A stretch of DNA of 64,000 nucleotides from an uncultured Dehalococcoidaceae bacterium (GTDB lineage Bacteria; Chloroflexota; Dehalococcoidia; Dehalococcoidales; RBG-16-60-22), in assembly GCA_964638295.1 (NCBI GenBank), contig CAZWYS010000001.1:2144-66143 (forward strand), read 5' to 3'. The number at the start of each line of letters is the position of its first letter. Positions within the stretch are counted from its first letter, which is position 1. The notes under the pieces were generated by a model. The model searched no databases. It was not told the origin of the DNA and saw only the letters and a program-made list of their open reading frames with translations. A program made the translations under genes and the position numbers. Shown one piece after another: positions 42,326 through 53,004 of the stretch.

Positions 42326-43116
42326 CGGTATCCCATCATCCGGGCTATCTTCTCGTAACTCTCCGGCATGGGGTACTCGGGGCGAAACCGGTATCCCCGG
42401 GGCAGTTTGGAGCCGCTATTTTCCACAAATTTAAGTCCCGCTATCAATTCCTCTAATTTTACTTTGGGAACAGTTAATATCATTTCATCATCTCCGGCAA
42501 AGGCGCTGTAGCGGTCGCCCCGGCAAGGTACCGCAACCTGGCATTCCCCGGTCAATAAGGCAGGCACTACTCCATAAACACAAGCCGCATGACTGGACAG
42601 GGTGCACTTAAGGTTATATCCGTCTTTACATTCCCTCGCCAGAAGGAGCAGGCTCAATTGGGCGGAATCGCCATAAATCATGACCACATCAGGTTCAAAA
42701 TTGGCCGCTTTTAGCGGTGACGACACCACCCCAACATACTTGCCGACTTCCAGCCTGGGAAGCTCCTCGGCATAATGTCGGCCTGCCTCCAGAGTCGCCA
42801 CATCCCAGGGATAAGGAGTGTAACGGTTATGTCCCTGAAGGAAATACTCCGGGGGCTCCATCAGCCCGTAACCCACTACAGGCTCAAAACACCACATGTC
42901 CTGCGCCAGCATAGCCACCACTATCCCATCCCGGCGCGAGAGCTGGAAACTCTGGCAAAGCGAGAGGTGATAACCAAAATCTCGCAAAGGACGCTGTGCT
43001 CCCTCAGGGATATCGCTCTCTTTCTCCAACAACTTCAGTGCCAAAGGATGAGTTTTCAGCCTTACTCGCCGCTCAAGCTCCTCCCCATATTCACGGTAAG
43101 CTTCTAAATCCGCCAT
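42322..43116 (-). CDS. DUF169-domain protein
   Basis: 264 aa from ATG 43116 (AGGAG upstream; ORF-track start is 43194). VRLKTHPLALKLL..PEGA.RP..D.G..L..CQ pattern recalled for DUF169/COG2043. Confidence 0.7.
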   Translation of the reverse strand: MADLEAYREYGEELERRVRLKTHPLALKLLEKESDIPEGAQRPLRDFGYHLSLCQSFQLSRRDGIVVAMLAQDMWCFEPVVGYGLMEPPEYFLQGHNRYTPYPWDVATLEAGRHYAEELPRLEVGKYVGVVSSPLKAANFEPDVVMIYGDSAQLSLLLLARECKDGYNLKCTLSSHAACVYGVVPALLTGECQVAVPCRGDRYSAFAGDDEMILTVPKVKLEELIAGLKFVENSGSKLPRGYRFRPEYPMPESYEKIARMMGYR

Positions 43117-43357
43117 ATTATCTTTCTCCTTTCTAATCAAAATCAGGCAAGCAAACACCGGATTGCTTGAGGCTGAATTATAGCACATAGCCATACACTC
43201 GGCAACGCACCTGTATTCTTTAATGGCAGGGGTTTATTTTGAATCAATGAATATGGACTAACCAAGGGGGCTGGTTTCGGGCTTGTTTCAGCAGCATTGA
43301 CAGCCAGTGAGCATTAGTCCAGAATAGCACCGTAGTTGTAATGGAGGTGGCAGTAAA

Positions 43358-43735
43358 ATGAAAGTAATTTCAACCGACAATGCGCCCCACCCCTCCGGAC
43401 ATTACTCGCAGGCAATAATCCACAATAATACCGTTTATGTTTCCGGACAGCTACCGATAGACCCAAAAACCGGGGAGAAACGCCCTGGCTCAATTGAAGA
43501 CCAAACAGAGCAAGTATTGCAAAATATATCCGGGATACTTAAAGCGGCGGGCTCTGACCTGAATCAGGTTATCAAAACTACCGTCTACATCTCAGACATT
43601 GAATTATGGCCACAGGTGAACGCCGTCTATGCCAAATTCTTTGGCCAGCATCGCCCGACACGAGCGGTAGTGCCAACCAGAAATCTGCACTTTGGCTTTC
43701 AAATCGAGATTGAAGCCGTCGCCGCACTCAGATAA
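43358..43735 (+). CDS. RidA/YjgF-family reactive-intermediate deaminase
   Basis: 125 aa. AP.P.G.YSQAI..N.VYVSGQLP.DP.TGE and C-terminal ARSAV/IEIEAVA-like pattern. Confidence 0.9.
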   Translation: MKVISTDNAPHPSGHYSQAIIHNNTVYVSGQLPIDPKTGEKRPGSIEDQTEQVLQNISGILKAAGSDLNQVIKTTVYISDIELWPQVNAVYAKFFGQHRPTRAVVPTRNLHFGFQIEIEAVAALR

Positions 43736-43757
43736 TAATTTTGGACGTGAGAAGCAA

Positions 43758-44876
43758 ATGAACCAGCTTATCTGCCCAAAATGCAAAGCAACTTATTCCC
43801 TTGATGAGCCGAGGTGGAAGTGCGACTGCGGCTCTATTCTGGATATTGAATTTACCCCGACTTTTGACTCGGGCAAAATCAGCCAGAGAAAGCCAACCAT
43901 GTGGCGGTACCGGGAAGCGATTCCGCTACGAGATGACTCCAATATCGTTTCTCTGGCTGAGGGCTTCACTCCGCTAGCTGAAGTAAATTTTAATGGTAAG
44001 CCTGTTTTAATCAAGCAAGACCAGTTATTCCCGACCGGGTCTTACAAGGACAGAGGCGCTTCAGTTCTTATCAGCAAGGTAAAAGAGTTAGGAATCAAGG
44101 AAGTCGTTGAAGATTCTTCGGGAAATGCCGGCTCGGCAATTTCGGCTTACTGTGCCAGAGCTGGTATTGATTGCCATATTTTCGTTCCCGGAGATACCGC
44201 CGCCGGGAAACTGGCACAGATACAGCTTTACGGAGCAAAATTAAATAAAATCCCCGGCACCAGAGAAGACACCGCCCGGGCTGCCTTGAAAGCGGCGGAA
44301 AAAATCTATTACGCCAGCCACTCCTGGAACCCCTTCTTTTTTCACGGAACCAAAACCTTCGCCTTTGAAGTTTGTGAACAGCTCGGCTGGAAATCTCCTG
44401 ATGCGGTTATCTTACCGGTCGGCAACGGGACACTTCTATTAGGCGCCTGTATTGGCTTCAACGAACTTCTGCAGGCTGGAATCATTGGCAAAATGCCAGA
44501 AATTATTGCCGTGCAGTCGGAAAATTGCGCCCCTTTATATCGGGCTTTCCAGGAAAACTTGGTAGAAATTCCCGCGATAGACAAAAAGGAAACAATCGCT
44601 GAAGGAATTGCCATCGCTGAGCCAATCAGGGGTAAGCAAATCATTGACGCCGTCAGCCAAAGTAAGGGGAGTTTCATCATCGTAAGTGATAGCGAAATCA
44701 AAGCATCACTGCAAGAAATGTGCCGCAAGGGATACTACATTGAGCCTACCGCAGCGGTAACCATCGCCGGACTTAAAAAATATTTACCGGAATCAGACCC
44801 TGACGAAGCCATCGTCTCGGTATTTACCGGACACGGACTAAAGGCAACCGAAAAAATGCTGAAACTATTAAGTTGA
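43758..44876 (+). CDS. threonine synthase-like PLP-dependent enzyme with N-terminal zinc ribbon
   Basis: 372 aa from ATG 43758. CPKC..(12 aa)..CDCGS ribbon. FPTGSYKDRGA PLP-lysine motif. Confidence 0.8.
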   Translation: MNQLICPKCKATYSLDEPRWKCDCGSILDIEFTPTFDSGKISQRKPTMWRYREAIPLRDDSNIVSLAEGFTPLAEVNFNGKPVLIKQDQLFPTGSYKDRGASVLISKVKELGIKEVVEDSSGNAGSAISAYCARAGIDCHIFVPGDTAAGKLAQIQLYGAKLNKIPGTREDTARAALKAAEKIYYASHSWNPFFFHGTKTFAFEVCEQLGWKSPDAVILPVGNGTLLLGACIGFNELLQAGIIGKMPEIIAVQSENCAPLYRAFQENLVEIPAIDKKETIAEGIAIAEPIRGKQIIDAVSQSKGSFIIVSDSEIKASLQEMCRKGYYIEPTAAVTIAGLKKYLPESDPDEAIVSVFTGHGLKATEKMLKLLS

Positions 44877-45060
44877 CTAAGTATTCCTAAAATAGCCACA
44901 AGGTAGAGGAATGCTTCCTGTCTCCATCTTAATTGTTATACCAGAGTCACTTGAAAGCAGCGTCAGAATAAGAAGCATTGACAAATTGGGAAAACTTTAT
45001 ATACTTGGAAATAGTTACCAAGCAGCAACGAAGCAGGAATTAAAGGAGGGGCTTGAGCCG

Positions 45061-45357
45061 ATGAAAAGAGCGATGAGGATAGACCCCAAAGATAATACTG
45101 CCACCGCCTTAAACGACATCGCTGCCGGAGATACGGTGAGTCTGGTTTCAAAATCGGGGCCGGTCGGCGAGATAACCGTCAATCAGGATATCCCCCTGGG
45201 ACATAAACTAGCCTCAACCACTATTAATAAAGGAGAAAAAGTGCTCAAATACGGGGAGGTTATCGGTCTGGCCACCCGGCCCATCAATAAGGGGGACTAT
45301 GTCCACATCCATAATGTAGAAAGCGCCCTTGTCCCTCCCCCGAAGGAGGTAAAGTAA
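45061..45357 (+). CDS. UxaA/GarD-family dehydratase, small SAF-domain subunit (copy 1)
   Basis: 98 aa from ATG 45061 (AAGGAGG upstream). DNTATAL.DI.AGD...GHK.A...I.KGE.V.KYGEVIG.AT..I..GDYVH.HN. Confidence 0.8.
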   Translation: MKRAMRIDPKDNTATALNDIAAGDTVSLVSKSGPVGEITVNQDIPLGHKLASTTINKGEKVLKYGEVIGLATRPINKGDYVHIHNVESALVPPPKEVK

Positions 45358-46556
45358 TGGAATTTCTAGGCTACGAGAGACCCGACGGCTCGGTAGGGGT
45401 GCGTAACCATGTGGCCGTCATCTCCAGCGGCCGGTGTGCCAACGAGATGGCAGCTACCATCGCCGACGCCGTTAAAGGCGCCGTGCCCATTCTTCACACC
45501 CATCCCTGCGTCCGCGTCAAGGAAGACAACGAATGGGCGCTAAGAGTGCTTTCCGGGATGGGCAGTAATGCTAATGTCGCTGCCGCCCTGGTGGTGGGTA
45601 TTGGTTGTGAGAACCCTTCTCCCGCCACGATTGGCAAGGAGATTGCCAAATCGAAAAAACCGGTTGAAGTCCTCACCGTCATCGGGAGTAACGGGTTCTC
45701 CGAGGTAATGGATAAAGGACTGGCGACAGCCCGCAGTATGGTCGCTGAAGCCTCCAGATTGCAGCGCAAGCCTTTCCCTCTGAGCCAACTCAAAATCGGA
45801 GTAAAGTGTGGCGGTTCCGGCGCTCTTTCCGGCATCGCCGGCAATTCCGTTACCGGGCGAGTCCTTGACCGGCTCATTGCCGAAGGCGGCACCGCTATCT
45901 TCACAGAGACAACCGAAGTCATCGGGGCTACCCACCTGCTCGCCAAGAGAGCCGTTAATCCGAAAGTAGCCAGACGACTTGAAGAAATGGTAGACCGTAT
46001 GGAAGCGCGAATTAAAGCCACCGGGGTGGATATCCGGGGTTCACAGCCGACTCGCGGCAACATCCACGAAGGCCTGGTCACTATTGAAGAAAAATCTCTG
46101 GGTGCCCAAGCTAAAACGGGGACAAGTCCTCTGCAGGGCGCACTTGAGTATGCGGAAAAACCCAGAGGAAAAGGACTGTTCTTCATGGACGGCTCCGCCA
46201 TGACCAGCGAGGTGATTTCCGGGGAAGCCGCCGCTGGAATACACATTCACATTTACAATGTCGGCGGCGGGTTCTCTTCCAGCTTTCGCTGTCCACCGGG
46301 CTGGGGCGGGGAAATTCCGACTCTCCCTCAGATAGCCGTGGTCACCAGTCAAAGCCGGCCGCACGATAGCCAGGAAAAAGAATTTTTTGATATTTATGCC
46401 GACACCATAGTTGAGGGCAAAGAGTCCGTTGACCAGGTGGCAGACCGGCTCTTTCAGGAGGTCATCGCCGTTGCCTCCGGCAAGCTGACCAAGCGAGAGA
46501 TGCGCTCCGGCTATCGGGAGCCAATCGTAATGTATACTATCGGGCCTATACTATAA
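45357..46556 (+). CDS. UxaA/GarD-family dehydratase, large subunit (copy 1)
   Basis: 399 aa. FLGYERPDGSVGVRNHV.., VGIGCE, GVKCGGS. Start overlaps the small-subunit stop (TAATG). Confidence 0.85.
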   Translation: MEFLGYERPDGSVGVRNHVAVISSGRCANEMAATIADAVKGAVPILHTHPCVRVKEDNEWALRVLSGMGSNANVAAALVVGIGCENPSPATIGKEIAKSKKPVEVLTVIGSNGFSEVMDKGLATARSMVAEASRLQRKPFPLSQLKIGVKCGGSGALSGIAGNSVTGRVLDRLIAEGGTAIFTETTEVIGATHLLAKRAVNPKVARRLEEMVDRMEARIKATGVDIRGSQPTRGNIHEGLVTIEEKSLGAQAKTGTSPLQGALEYAEKPRGKGLFFMDGSAMTSEVISGEAAAGIHIHIYNVGGGFSSSFRCPPGWGGEIPTLPQIAVVTSQSRPHDSQEKEFFDIYADTIVEGKESVDQVADRLFQEVIAVASGKLTKREMRSGYREPIVMYTIGPIL

Positions 46557-46681
46557 TGGAAGCAAAAGCTGGCATAAATTTCTTCCGTTGACGAAGCCAG
46601 TGCCGACGTTTCCTTGACAAAGTGAAGGACTCTGCTGGAAAATAAGCTATCATATATGAACAAACCTGAGGAGGTAAATCC

Positions 46682-47959
46682 ATGATTGTTAAGGTGCCGC
46701 AGTTTCCGTGGTATGGTGATACTGAACTGGAGCTTGATTTTCCTGACTCCTGGAAAGTGGCCGCTCCCAAAATGGCGGGGCATGACGCTCCCAAACTGAC
46801 TGACCAGCAGATACGAGACGCATTTCTTCACCCGATTGGCACACCCCGCATCGCCGAGTTAGCCCGCGGCAAGAAAGAGGTGTGCATTGTCTTTGACGAC
46901 CTTACTCGCCCGACCAAAGTAGATGGACTGGTACCCTACGTGCTGGAAGAGCTGAGAGAAGGCGGCATCAAGGACGAGAACATCAGGTTTATCGCCGCCC
47001 TCGGCGCCCATGGTGCCATGAAGCTCATGGACTTTCAGAAGAAATTGGGGCCCGAGATTCCACAAAAATTCCTCGTTTACAACCATAATCCTTACGAGAA
47101 CTGTACTTACCTGGGTAAGACTTCACGCGATACGCCGGTCTCAATAAACAGCGAATTCATGGCTTGCGACTTGAAGATTACCATCGGGTCAATAGTACCC
47201 CACCCCACTTCCGGCTTTGGCGGTGGAGGTAAGATGATACTTCCCGGGGTTGCCCATATTGATACCATTGCGATTAATCACACCAAACTGTGCGAATTAA
47301 CCGAGGCAGGTTCGCCACTGCTTGACTTCTGGGGTGAGGTGGACAAAAACGTGATGCGGCTGGACCTGGAAGAGGCAGCCAGAATGGCCGGTCTTGACAT
47401 CTCGGTCAACGCCCTGATTAATATGCACCGGGATACCATTGGACTGTTTGTCGGTGACCTAGTCGAGGCCCATCGCGAAGGGGTAAAAATGGGGAGGAAG
47501 GTTTACGCTACCGAGGCGCCAGGTGAGGCTGACATAGTTGTTTCCAATGCCTACATCAAGGCAAACGAAGCCGCACTGGTGGTAACTCTAGGCAGCAAGA
47601 TGCTCAAGGAAGCCGGCGGCGACCTGGTGGTTATGGGCAATATCCCCGAGGGGCAGATATGCCACTATCTGGCACGTAGTTTCGGCAAAGAAATGGGCGG
47701 TCGGCTCTGGGGTCCGATAAAAGAGATGCCTCCTAGAATCAACAGGCTGTTCGCACTGGGTCCCTATCTGGACAAGGCTGGACTTGACTGGGTAGGCCCC
47801 GTAGATAAGATTACCATCCTTAATAGCTGGGCTGAGATTTTAGGCGCGCTGAAAAAGAACTATGGTGATAAAGCAAAGGTAGTGGTTATTGAGGATGCCA
47901 CGCTACAGTATTTCCCGCACAGTGGACTTCCCAAAGGCCCGGCTCAAATAGTTGATTGA
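46682..47959 (+). CDS. LarA-like (DUF2088) nickel-pincer-cofactor-dependent 2-hydroxyacid racemase/epimerase family protein
   Basis: 425 aa. CIVFDDLTRPT and IVPHPTSGFGGGGKMILPG (conserved His and cofactor-tethering Lys region). Confidence 0.7.
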   Translation: MIVKVPQFPWYGDTELELDFPDSWKVAAPKMAGHDAPKLTDQQIRDAFLHPIGTPRIAELARGKKEVCIVFDDLTRPTKVDGLVPYVLEELREGGIKDENIRFIAALGAHGAMKLMDFQKKLGPEIPQKFLVYNHNPYENCTYLGKTSRDTPVSINSEFMACDLKITIGSIVPHPTSGFGGGGKMILPGVAHIDTIAINHTKLCELTEAGSPLLDFWGEVDKNVMRLDLEEAARMAGLDISVNALINMHRDTIGLFVGDLVEAHREGVKMGRKVYATEAPGEADIVVSNAYIKANEAALVVTLGSKMLKEAGGDLVVMGNIPEGQICHYLARSFGKEMGGRLWGPIKEMPPRINRLFALGPYLDKAGLDWVGPVDKITILNSWAEILGALKKNYGDKAKVVVIEDATLQYFPHSGLPKGPAQIVD

Positions 47960-49470
47960 TTCTCTATCCTCTCTTTGACCGCATTTTCCGCAGCAATGCG
48001 ACCAAAGGCAATACACTCGGCGAGGTTACCTCCCCCCGCCGGGTACAGCATACCAAACACCGACCCGCATTCCCCCGCTGCATAAAGACCGGGAACGGGC
48101 TCGCCGAACGGGTTTACCACCTGGGCGCGACTGTTCCGCCTCGGTCCGCCCTGAGTATTCGACCCACCGGGGAATAGCCTGATAGCGTAAAACGGCGGAC
48201 TATCCAGGGGAACCAGCTCCAGCGCCTCCCGCCCAAAATCGCCATCTCTACCCTCCTGACAGTACCGGCTCCAGCGCTCTACCGTACTCTCCAGATTGGC
48301 CGGGGGCACCTGGATTTTACGGGCAAGCTCGGCAACCGTCTCGCCACTGACAATCCACCCCTTTTGCAACTCAACCAGATTATCGTGACTCCACTTGTAG
48401 AGCTGCTCGGGGCCTGAGGGACCGCTGGTAAGCTGGCCCAGAGAGCCACACTCCATCCTCCTCTGGTCAAAGATATGATAGCTGGGCACTCGGGGATACT
48501 CCAGCTTGTGGGAGTCAAACGCACCAAGCTCGTAGTAGGCACCATGAGGCTTCAGGTCCTCACTCATATAGCGCCGCCCATATTTATCAACGATAATAAA
48601 GCCAGCCGGTGCCTTTTTCTTCGTCTCCCGCATTGAGCTTTGACTCCACTCCCCGCCACTGAAGTCAATAAAGAAGGCGACGGGAAAATCCGGGAACTTG
48701 GCACACAGGCGCGCCGAGACGCAGTTCATATGCCATAGGTCGGCACCAACCTCTTGAGCCATCTTGATGCCATCGCCGGTGTTTCCCGTGCCACCGGCAA
48801 AATAGGCGGGATAGACTCTCAGGTATTGCAACTTCATTTCCTCATTCTCTTCAAAACCCCCGGTGCACAATATCACTGCCCTGGAAGCCCTGATGTTCAC
48901 TTCCTTCGGCTGCCCGCTCCCGGTATCAATCGCTTTCATCCCGATTACCCGCCCCCTCTCATCAGTGAGCAGCCTTTGCGCTGATGTCTGATATACTACC
49001 TCAATCTTCCTGGAAGCTACCTGGTCATACATAAATTGCATCAGGCGGCGGCCGCAACCCTGATACTTCCACAACTCAATGCCGTCCGCCCCGGGAAGCT
49101 GGGGATACTCAGCCGCTTTGGAAAAAAAGGTAATGTTGCCACCCAGTTTCTTCAGCCAATCTTTATTCTGTGCCGTGTACTTCACCCAGGCTCGTATGGT
49201 ATCAGGGTCTGTCCACTGCGTTTCCTGCCCATCCGCCCGGCTTAAAGCCAGCATGTACTCGGTGGCTCGCTCGACGTCAGACAGACACAGAATTATGCCC
49301 ATGGATATGCTGCTGCAGGTGCAATGCGAACCAGGGCTCTGCTTCTCTAACACCAGGACACTGGCTCCCAGGTCGTGGGCAGTTATTGCCGCCACTGCCC
49401 CGGACAGCCCGTAGCCAATGATAACTACTTCTGCCGTTTTATCCCACTGCTTACTTTTTACCGATAGCAT
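47944..49470 (-). CDS. FAD-dependent oxidoreductase (fumarate reductase / KstD-like flavoprotein family)
   Basis: 508 aa. N-terminal VVIIGYGLSGAVAA..VLVLEK dinucleotide fold. C-terminal GLYAAGE motif. Confidence 0.8.
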   Translation of the reverse strand: MLSVKSKQWDKTAEVVIIGYGLSGAVAAITAHDLGASVLVLEKQSPGSHCTCSSISMGIILCLSDVERATEYMLALSRADGQETQWTDPDTIRAWVKYTAQNKDWLKKLGGNITFFSKAAEYPQLPGADGIELWKYQGCGRRLMQFMYDQVASRKIEVVYQTSAQRLLTDERGRVIGMKAIDTGSGQPKEVNIRASRAVILCTGGFEENEEMKLQYLRVYPAYFAGGTGNTGDGIKMAQEVGADLWHMNCVSARLCAKFPDFPVAFFIDFSGGEWSQSSMRETKKKAPAGFIIVDKYGRRYMSEDLKPHGAYYELGAFDSHKLEYPRVPSYHIFDQRRMECGSLGQLTSGPSGPEQLYKWSHDNLVELQKGWIVSGETVAELARKIQVPPANLESTVERWSRYCQEGRDGDFGREALELVPLDSPPFYAIRLFPGGSNTQGGPRRNSRAQVVNPFGEPVPGLYAAGECGSVFGMLYPAGGGNLAECIAFGRIAAENAVKERIENQSTI

Positions 49471-49706
49471 TGCAATTTCCTTTCCCGATCAGAACTTCTG
49501 AGCCAGTTCCCCGGCTAATCAAATCACGGTTGATTGTAGCAGTAAAATATCCAGCCTGCAAACGGCAAGCGGTAACAGGACGAAATTCTTGACCAATAAT
49601 CAATGCTGTGGTAGTCTTACTTGGAAAGTTAAGGTTTGTCGGTTTTTCTCAGTGGTAACGGGCTGCGGCGGGGAGTAAATTCATATGCAAGATGAGGAGG
49701 AAGTCT

Positions 49707-50678
49707 ATGCCAGAAATAGACAAGGCAAAAATTAAGCAAATCTATACCACGATGGTGAAGATTCGTTATTTTGAGGAGAGGGCTATCTCCGAGTACCGCA
49801 AGGGCTTGCCTGGTTTTGTCCATCCCTCTATCGGTCAGGAAGCAATTCCGGCCGGCGTTTGCGCCTTTCTCAGGGACGATGACTATGTCATCTCCACTCA
49901 CCGGGGGCACGGCGATATTATCGCCAAGGGCGCCAGACTCGACCGGATGATGGCTGAGCTCTTCGCCAAAGAAACCGGGTATTGCAGAGGCAAGGGCGGT
50001 TCCATGCACATTGCCGCCGTTGACCGCAATATCCTCGGTGCCACCGGGATTGTTGGCGACGGCATACCCATCGCCGCCGGCGTTGGCACAGCTATCAAGA
50101 TGCAGAAGCTTGACCGCGTGGTGGTTGCTTTCTTTGGCGACGGTGCCACCAACTCGGGCGCTTTCCATGAGGGTATTGGCCTGGCTTCAATCTGGAATCT
50201 ACCCGTACTCTTCGTCTGCCAGAACAACCAGTTCCAGCAGAGCACACCGAGCAGGGACTACACCAGGCTCAAGGACATCGCCGACCGCGCCAAGGCCTAC
50301 GGGATTCCCGGGATAACCGTTGATGGCAACGACGCCATCGCCGTTGCCGAGGTAGCCATTGAAGCCATCCAGACGGTCAGGAAAGGTGGCGGCCCGATTC
50401 TCATCGTTGGCAACACTTACCGGACCGTAGGCCACCATATGGGTGACCCCGGGACAAGCTACCGAACTAAAGAAGAAGTCGAAGAATGGAAGAAAAAAGA
50501 CCCGATTGACCGGCTGAGCAAACAGATGATAGAGAACAAAATAGCGACTAAAGCCGAGGTTGAAGAGATTAACAATTCCGTCTTGCGGGAACTCGACGAG
50601 GCGGTCAAATTCGCCCAGGAAAGTCCCGAACCCGAAGTCGAAGAAGCTCTTGAGGATATTTACTACACGGCAGGATAA
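49707..50678 (+). CDS. 2-oxoacid dehydrogenase E1 alpha subunit (copy 2)
   Basis: ATG 49707 is preceded by GAGGAGG. GDGATNSGAFHEGIGLA..QNNQF TPP motif. Paralog of 10304..11296. Confidence 0.9.
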   Translation: MPEIDKAKIKQIYTTMVKIRYFEERAISEYRKGLPGFVHPSIGQEAIPAGVCAFLRDDDYVISTHRGHGDIIAKGARLDRMMAELFAKETGYCRGKGGSMHIAAVDRNILGATGIVGDGIPIAAGVGTAIKMQKLDRVVVAFFGDGATNSGAFHEGIGLASIWNLPVLFVCQNNQFQQSTPSRDYTRLKDIADRAKAYGIPGITVDGNDAIAVAEVAIEAIQTVRKGGGPILIVGNTYRTVGHHMGDPGTSYRTKEEVEEWKKKDPIDRLSKQMIENKIATKAEVEEINNSVLRELDEAVKFAQESPEPEVEEALEDIYYTAG

Positions 50679-50692
50679 GTAAGGGGGTTAGA

Positions 50693-51670
50693 ATGCGAGA
50701 GTTAACCTATAGAGAGGCAATACGGGAAGCGCTCAGGGAAGAAATGAGGCACGACCCCAAGGTCTTTTTAATGGGAGAGGAAATAGCCGAGTACGGCGGC
50801 TCCTATAAAGTAACCCAGGGATTATTAGAGGAATTTGGTCACGAAAGAGTGAGAAATACGCCCTTAGCTGAGGCAGCTATCGCTGGTGCGGCGCTGGGAG
50901 CTTCCCTGGTCGGGATGCGGCCGGTAGCCGAGATTATGTATATTGATTTCACTTTCATTGCCGCCGACCAGATTATAAATCAAATCGCCAAGCTCAGGTA
51001 TATGACCGGCGGCATGGTAAAGGTACCGCTGGTGATACGGACCCAGGGTGGCAGCGGTGTCGCTGCCGGACCCCACCACTCCCAGTCCCTGGAAGCAATA
51101 TACGCTCATATACCCGGGCTATTGGTCGTCATGCCGTCCAACGCCTACGACGCCAAAGGCCTGCTCAAGTCAAGCATCAGAGAAGATAACCCGGTGATAT
51201 TCATCGAACACAAGAAACTGTATGGTGAAGCCTGCGAAGTCCCCGAAGAGGATTACGTGATACCACTGGGGAAAGCCGATATCAAACGGCCGGGCAAGGA
51301 TATAACCGTCATCAGCTACTCGCGATTTGTCAATCATGTTTTAACCGCGGCTGAGGAACTGGCTAAAGACGGGATAGATCTGGAGGTGGTTGACCTGCGG
51401 ACGTTAAAGCCTCTAGATGAAGCCGCCATACTGAATTCGGTGAAAAAGACGGGTAAAGCGATGGTAGTTTATGAGGCCTGCCGGACGGGAGGCTTTGGTG
51501 CCGAGATAGCGGCTATCATCGGCGAGAAGGCTTTTGACTATCTGGATGCGCCGATTAAGCGGGTAGCCGCTCTTGATGCACCCGTCCCCTTTAATCCCAG
51601 ATTAGAGGACTATGTCATCCCCGATAAAGAAGACATTAAGGCTGCCGCCCTGGAAATGATGGGCAAGTAA
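50693..51670 (+). CDS. 2-oxoacid dehydrogenase E1 beta subunit (copy 2)
   Basis: 325 aa, colinear with 9325..10302. Confidence 0.9.
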   Translation: MRELTYREAIREALREEMRHDPKVFLMGEEIAEYGGSYKVTQGLLEEFGHERVRNTPLAEAAIAGAALGASLVGMRPVAEIMYIDFTFIAADQIINQIAKLRYMTGGMVKVPLVIRTQGGSGVAAGPHHSQSLEAIYAHIPGLLVVMPSNAYDAKGLLKSSIREDNPVIFIEHKKLYGEACEVPEEDYVIPLGKADIKRPGKDITVISYSRFVNHVLTAAEELAKDGIDLEVVDLRTLKPLDEAAILNSVKKTGKAMVVYEACRTGGFGAEIAAIIGEKAFDYLDAPIKRVAALDAPVPFNPRLEDYVIPDKEDIKAAALEMMGK

Positions 51671-51730
51671 GCGCGCTTGTCCGCATTAGCGACAAAAGCA
51701 AAGCGAGATAAGACCGCTGGAGGTACTGAT

Positions 51731-52939
51731 ATGGCGGTTACCATTATAATGCCCAAACTTGATGAAGCAATGCATACCGGAAGAGTCTTGAGGTGGCTGA
51801 AGAAGGAAGGAGACAGGGTAGAAAAAGGGGAGGTTGTCCTTGAGATTGAAACCGAGAAGGTAACCTTTGAGATTGAAGCCGAGGCATCAGGTATCCTGAG
51901 CAAGTTAATGGCAGACGCCGGGGCCGATGTGCCGGTGGGAGCCACCATTGCTTTTATTCTTCAGCCAGGCGAAAAGGCGCCGGAAGTCCCTGCGCCAGTT
52001 ATCGTTAAAGCCAGGGAAGAAAAGCAGGCGGAAGCACCCAAGAGAGCCAAAGAGCCTGAGGCGGCAGAAGAGACTAAAACGATAAAGTCTTCTCCACTGG
52101 CGAGGAATATTGCCAGAGAGCATAACATTGACCTATCGCTGGTGACCGGAACGGGGCCCGGAGGAAGAATCACCAAAGAGGATGTCCTGCAGTTTTTAGA
52201 AGAGAGCCAGACAGCACCAGCTCCGTCTGCCGGAGAAGCACCCGAATCGGCTGAAGAAGAAATCGTACCCTTAACCTCAATGCGAGAGACCATCGCCAGA
52301 CGCATGACGGAGAGCTTCCAGGCCCCCCACTTCTACCTCACGGTGGAGGTTGACACCCAGGAATTGAACAAGATGCGCCAGCAATTGCTACCGGTCATAG
52401 AGAGCAAAACCGGCGTACGACTGACCCTTACTGACCTGATTATCAACATGGTAGCAAAAGCTCTGGAGCGCAACCCCTCAATGAACTGTACTTATGCCGA
52501 TGGCGCCGTCAAGCTCCTCAAGCGAATAGACATCGGGCTGGTTACCGCCGTTGAAGGTGGGCTGGTTGTCCCGGTTATCCAGCAAGCAAACAAAAAGTCT
52601 CTAACGGAGATTGCTCAAACCAGAGCGGAGCTGGTTACAAAGGCAAAGGAGCGCACTCTCAGCAAGGAAGAGATGAAGGGCAGCACTTTCACTATCTCCA
52701 ATCTGGGCATGTTCGGGATAGACCAGTTCAGCGCCATTATACAACCACCTGAGGCAGCCATTCTGGCGGTGGGGCGCATCGCCGACAAGCCGGTGGTAAA
52801 GGACGGCGAGATACGAATCAGACCGATGATGACGATGACTTTATCCATTGACCACCGCGTTCTGGACGGCGGTATCGGGGCAGAGTTCCTCCAGACCCTG
52901 AGAGACTACCTGGAAAAACCTTTCAATCCAATCCTGTAA
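51731..52939 (+). CDS. dihydrolipoamide acyltransferase (E2) with lipoyl, E1/E3-binding and catalytic domains
   Basis: ATG 51731 after GGAGG. Lipoyl motif EIETEKVTFEIEA, SPLARNIA binding domain, catalytic DHRVLDG. Confidence 0.9.
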   Translation: MAVTIIMPKLDEAMHTGRVLRWLKKEGDRVEKGEVVLEIETEKVTFEIEAEASGILSKLMADAGADVPVGATIAFILQPGEKAPEVPAPVIVKAREEKQAEAPKRAKEPEAAEETKTIKSSPLARNIAREHNIDLSLVTGTGPGGRITKEDVLQFLEESQTAPAPSAGEAPESAEEEIVPLTSMRETIARRMTESFQAPHFYLTVEVDTQELNKMRQQLLPVIESKTGVRLTLTDLIINMVAKALERNPSMNCTYADGAVKLLKRIDIGLVTAVEGGLVVPVIQQANKKSLTEIAQTRAELVTKAKERTLSKEEMKGSTFTISNLGMFGIDQFSAIIQPPEAAILAVGRIADKPVVKDGEIRIRPMMTMTLSIDHRVLDGGIGAEFLQTLRDYLEKPFNPIL

Positions 52940-53004
52940 AATAAATAGCTTCTTCGTGCACAACCCTTCTTGATGATAAGTTCGGAATACAAGGAGGTGT
53001 ACCG

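Noticed and set aside
45494-46246. 250-aa antisense ORF inside the UxaA-like large subunit. Similar long antisense ORFs occur at 61297-62052 (251 aa), 62121-62744 (207 aa), 5879-6493 (204 aa), 49629-50168 (179 aa) and 19266-19766 (166 aa).
   Set aside because: All lie opposite genes with strong motif support, lack ribosome-binding sites and have Ser/Pro/Arg/Ala-rich shadow-frame composition.
47944-47959. 16-nt convergent overlap of the LarA-like gene stop and the FAD-oxidoreductase gene stop
   Set aside because: Short 3'-3' overlaps are common in compact genomes. Both ORFs look full-length, and there is no evidence of frameshift or fusion.
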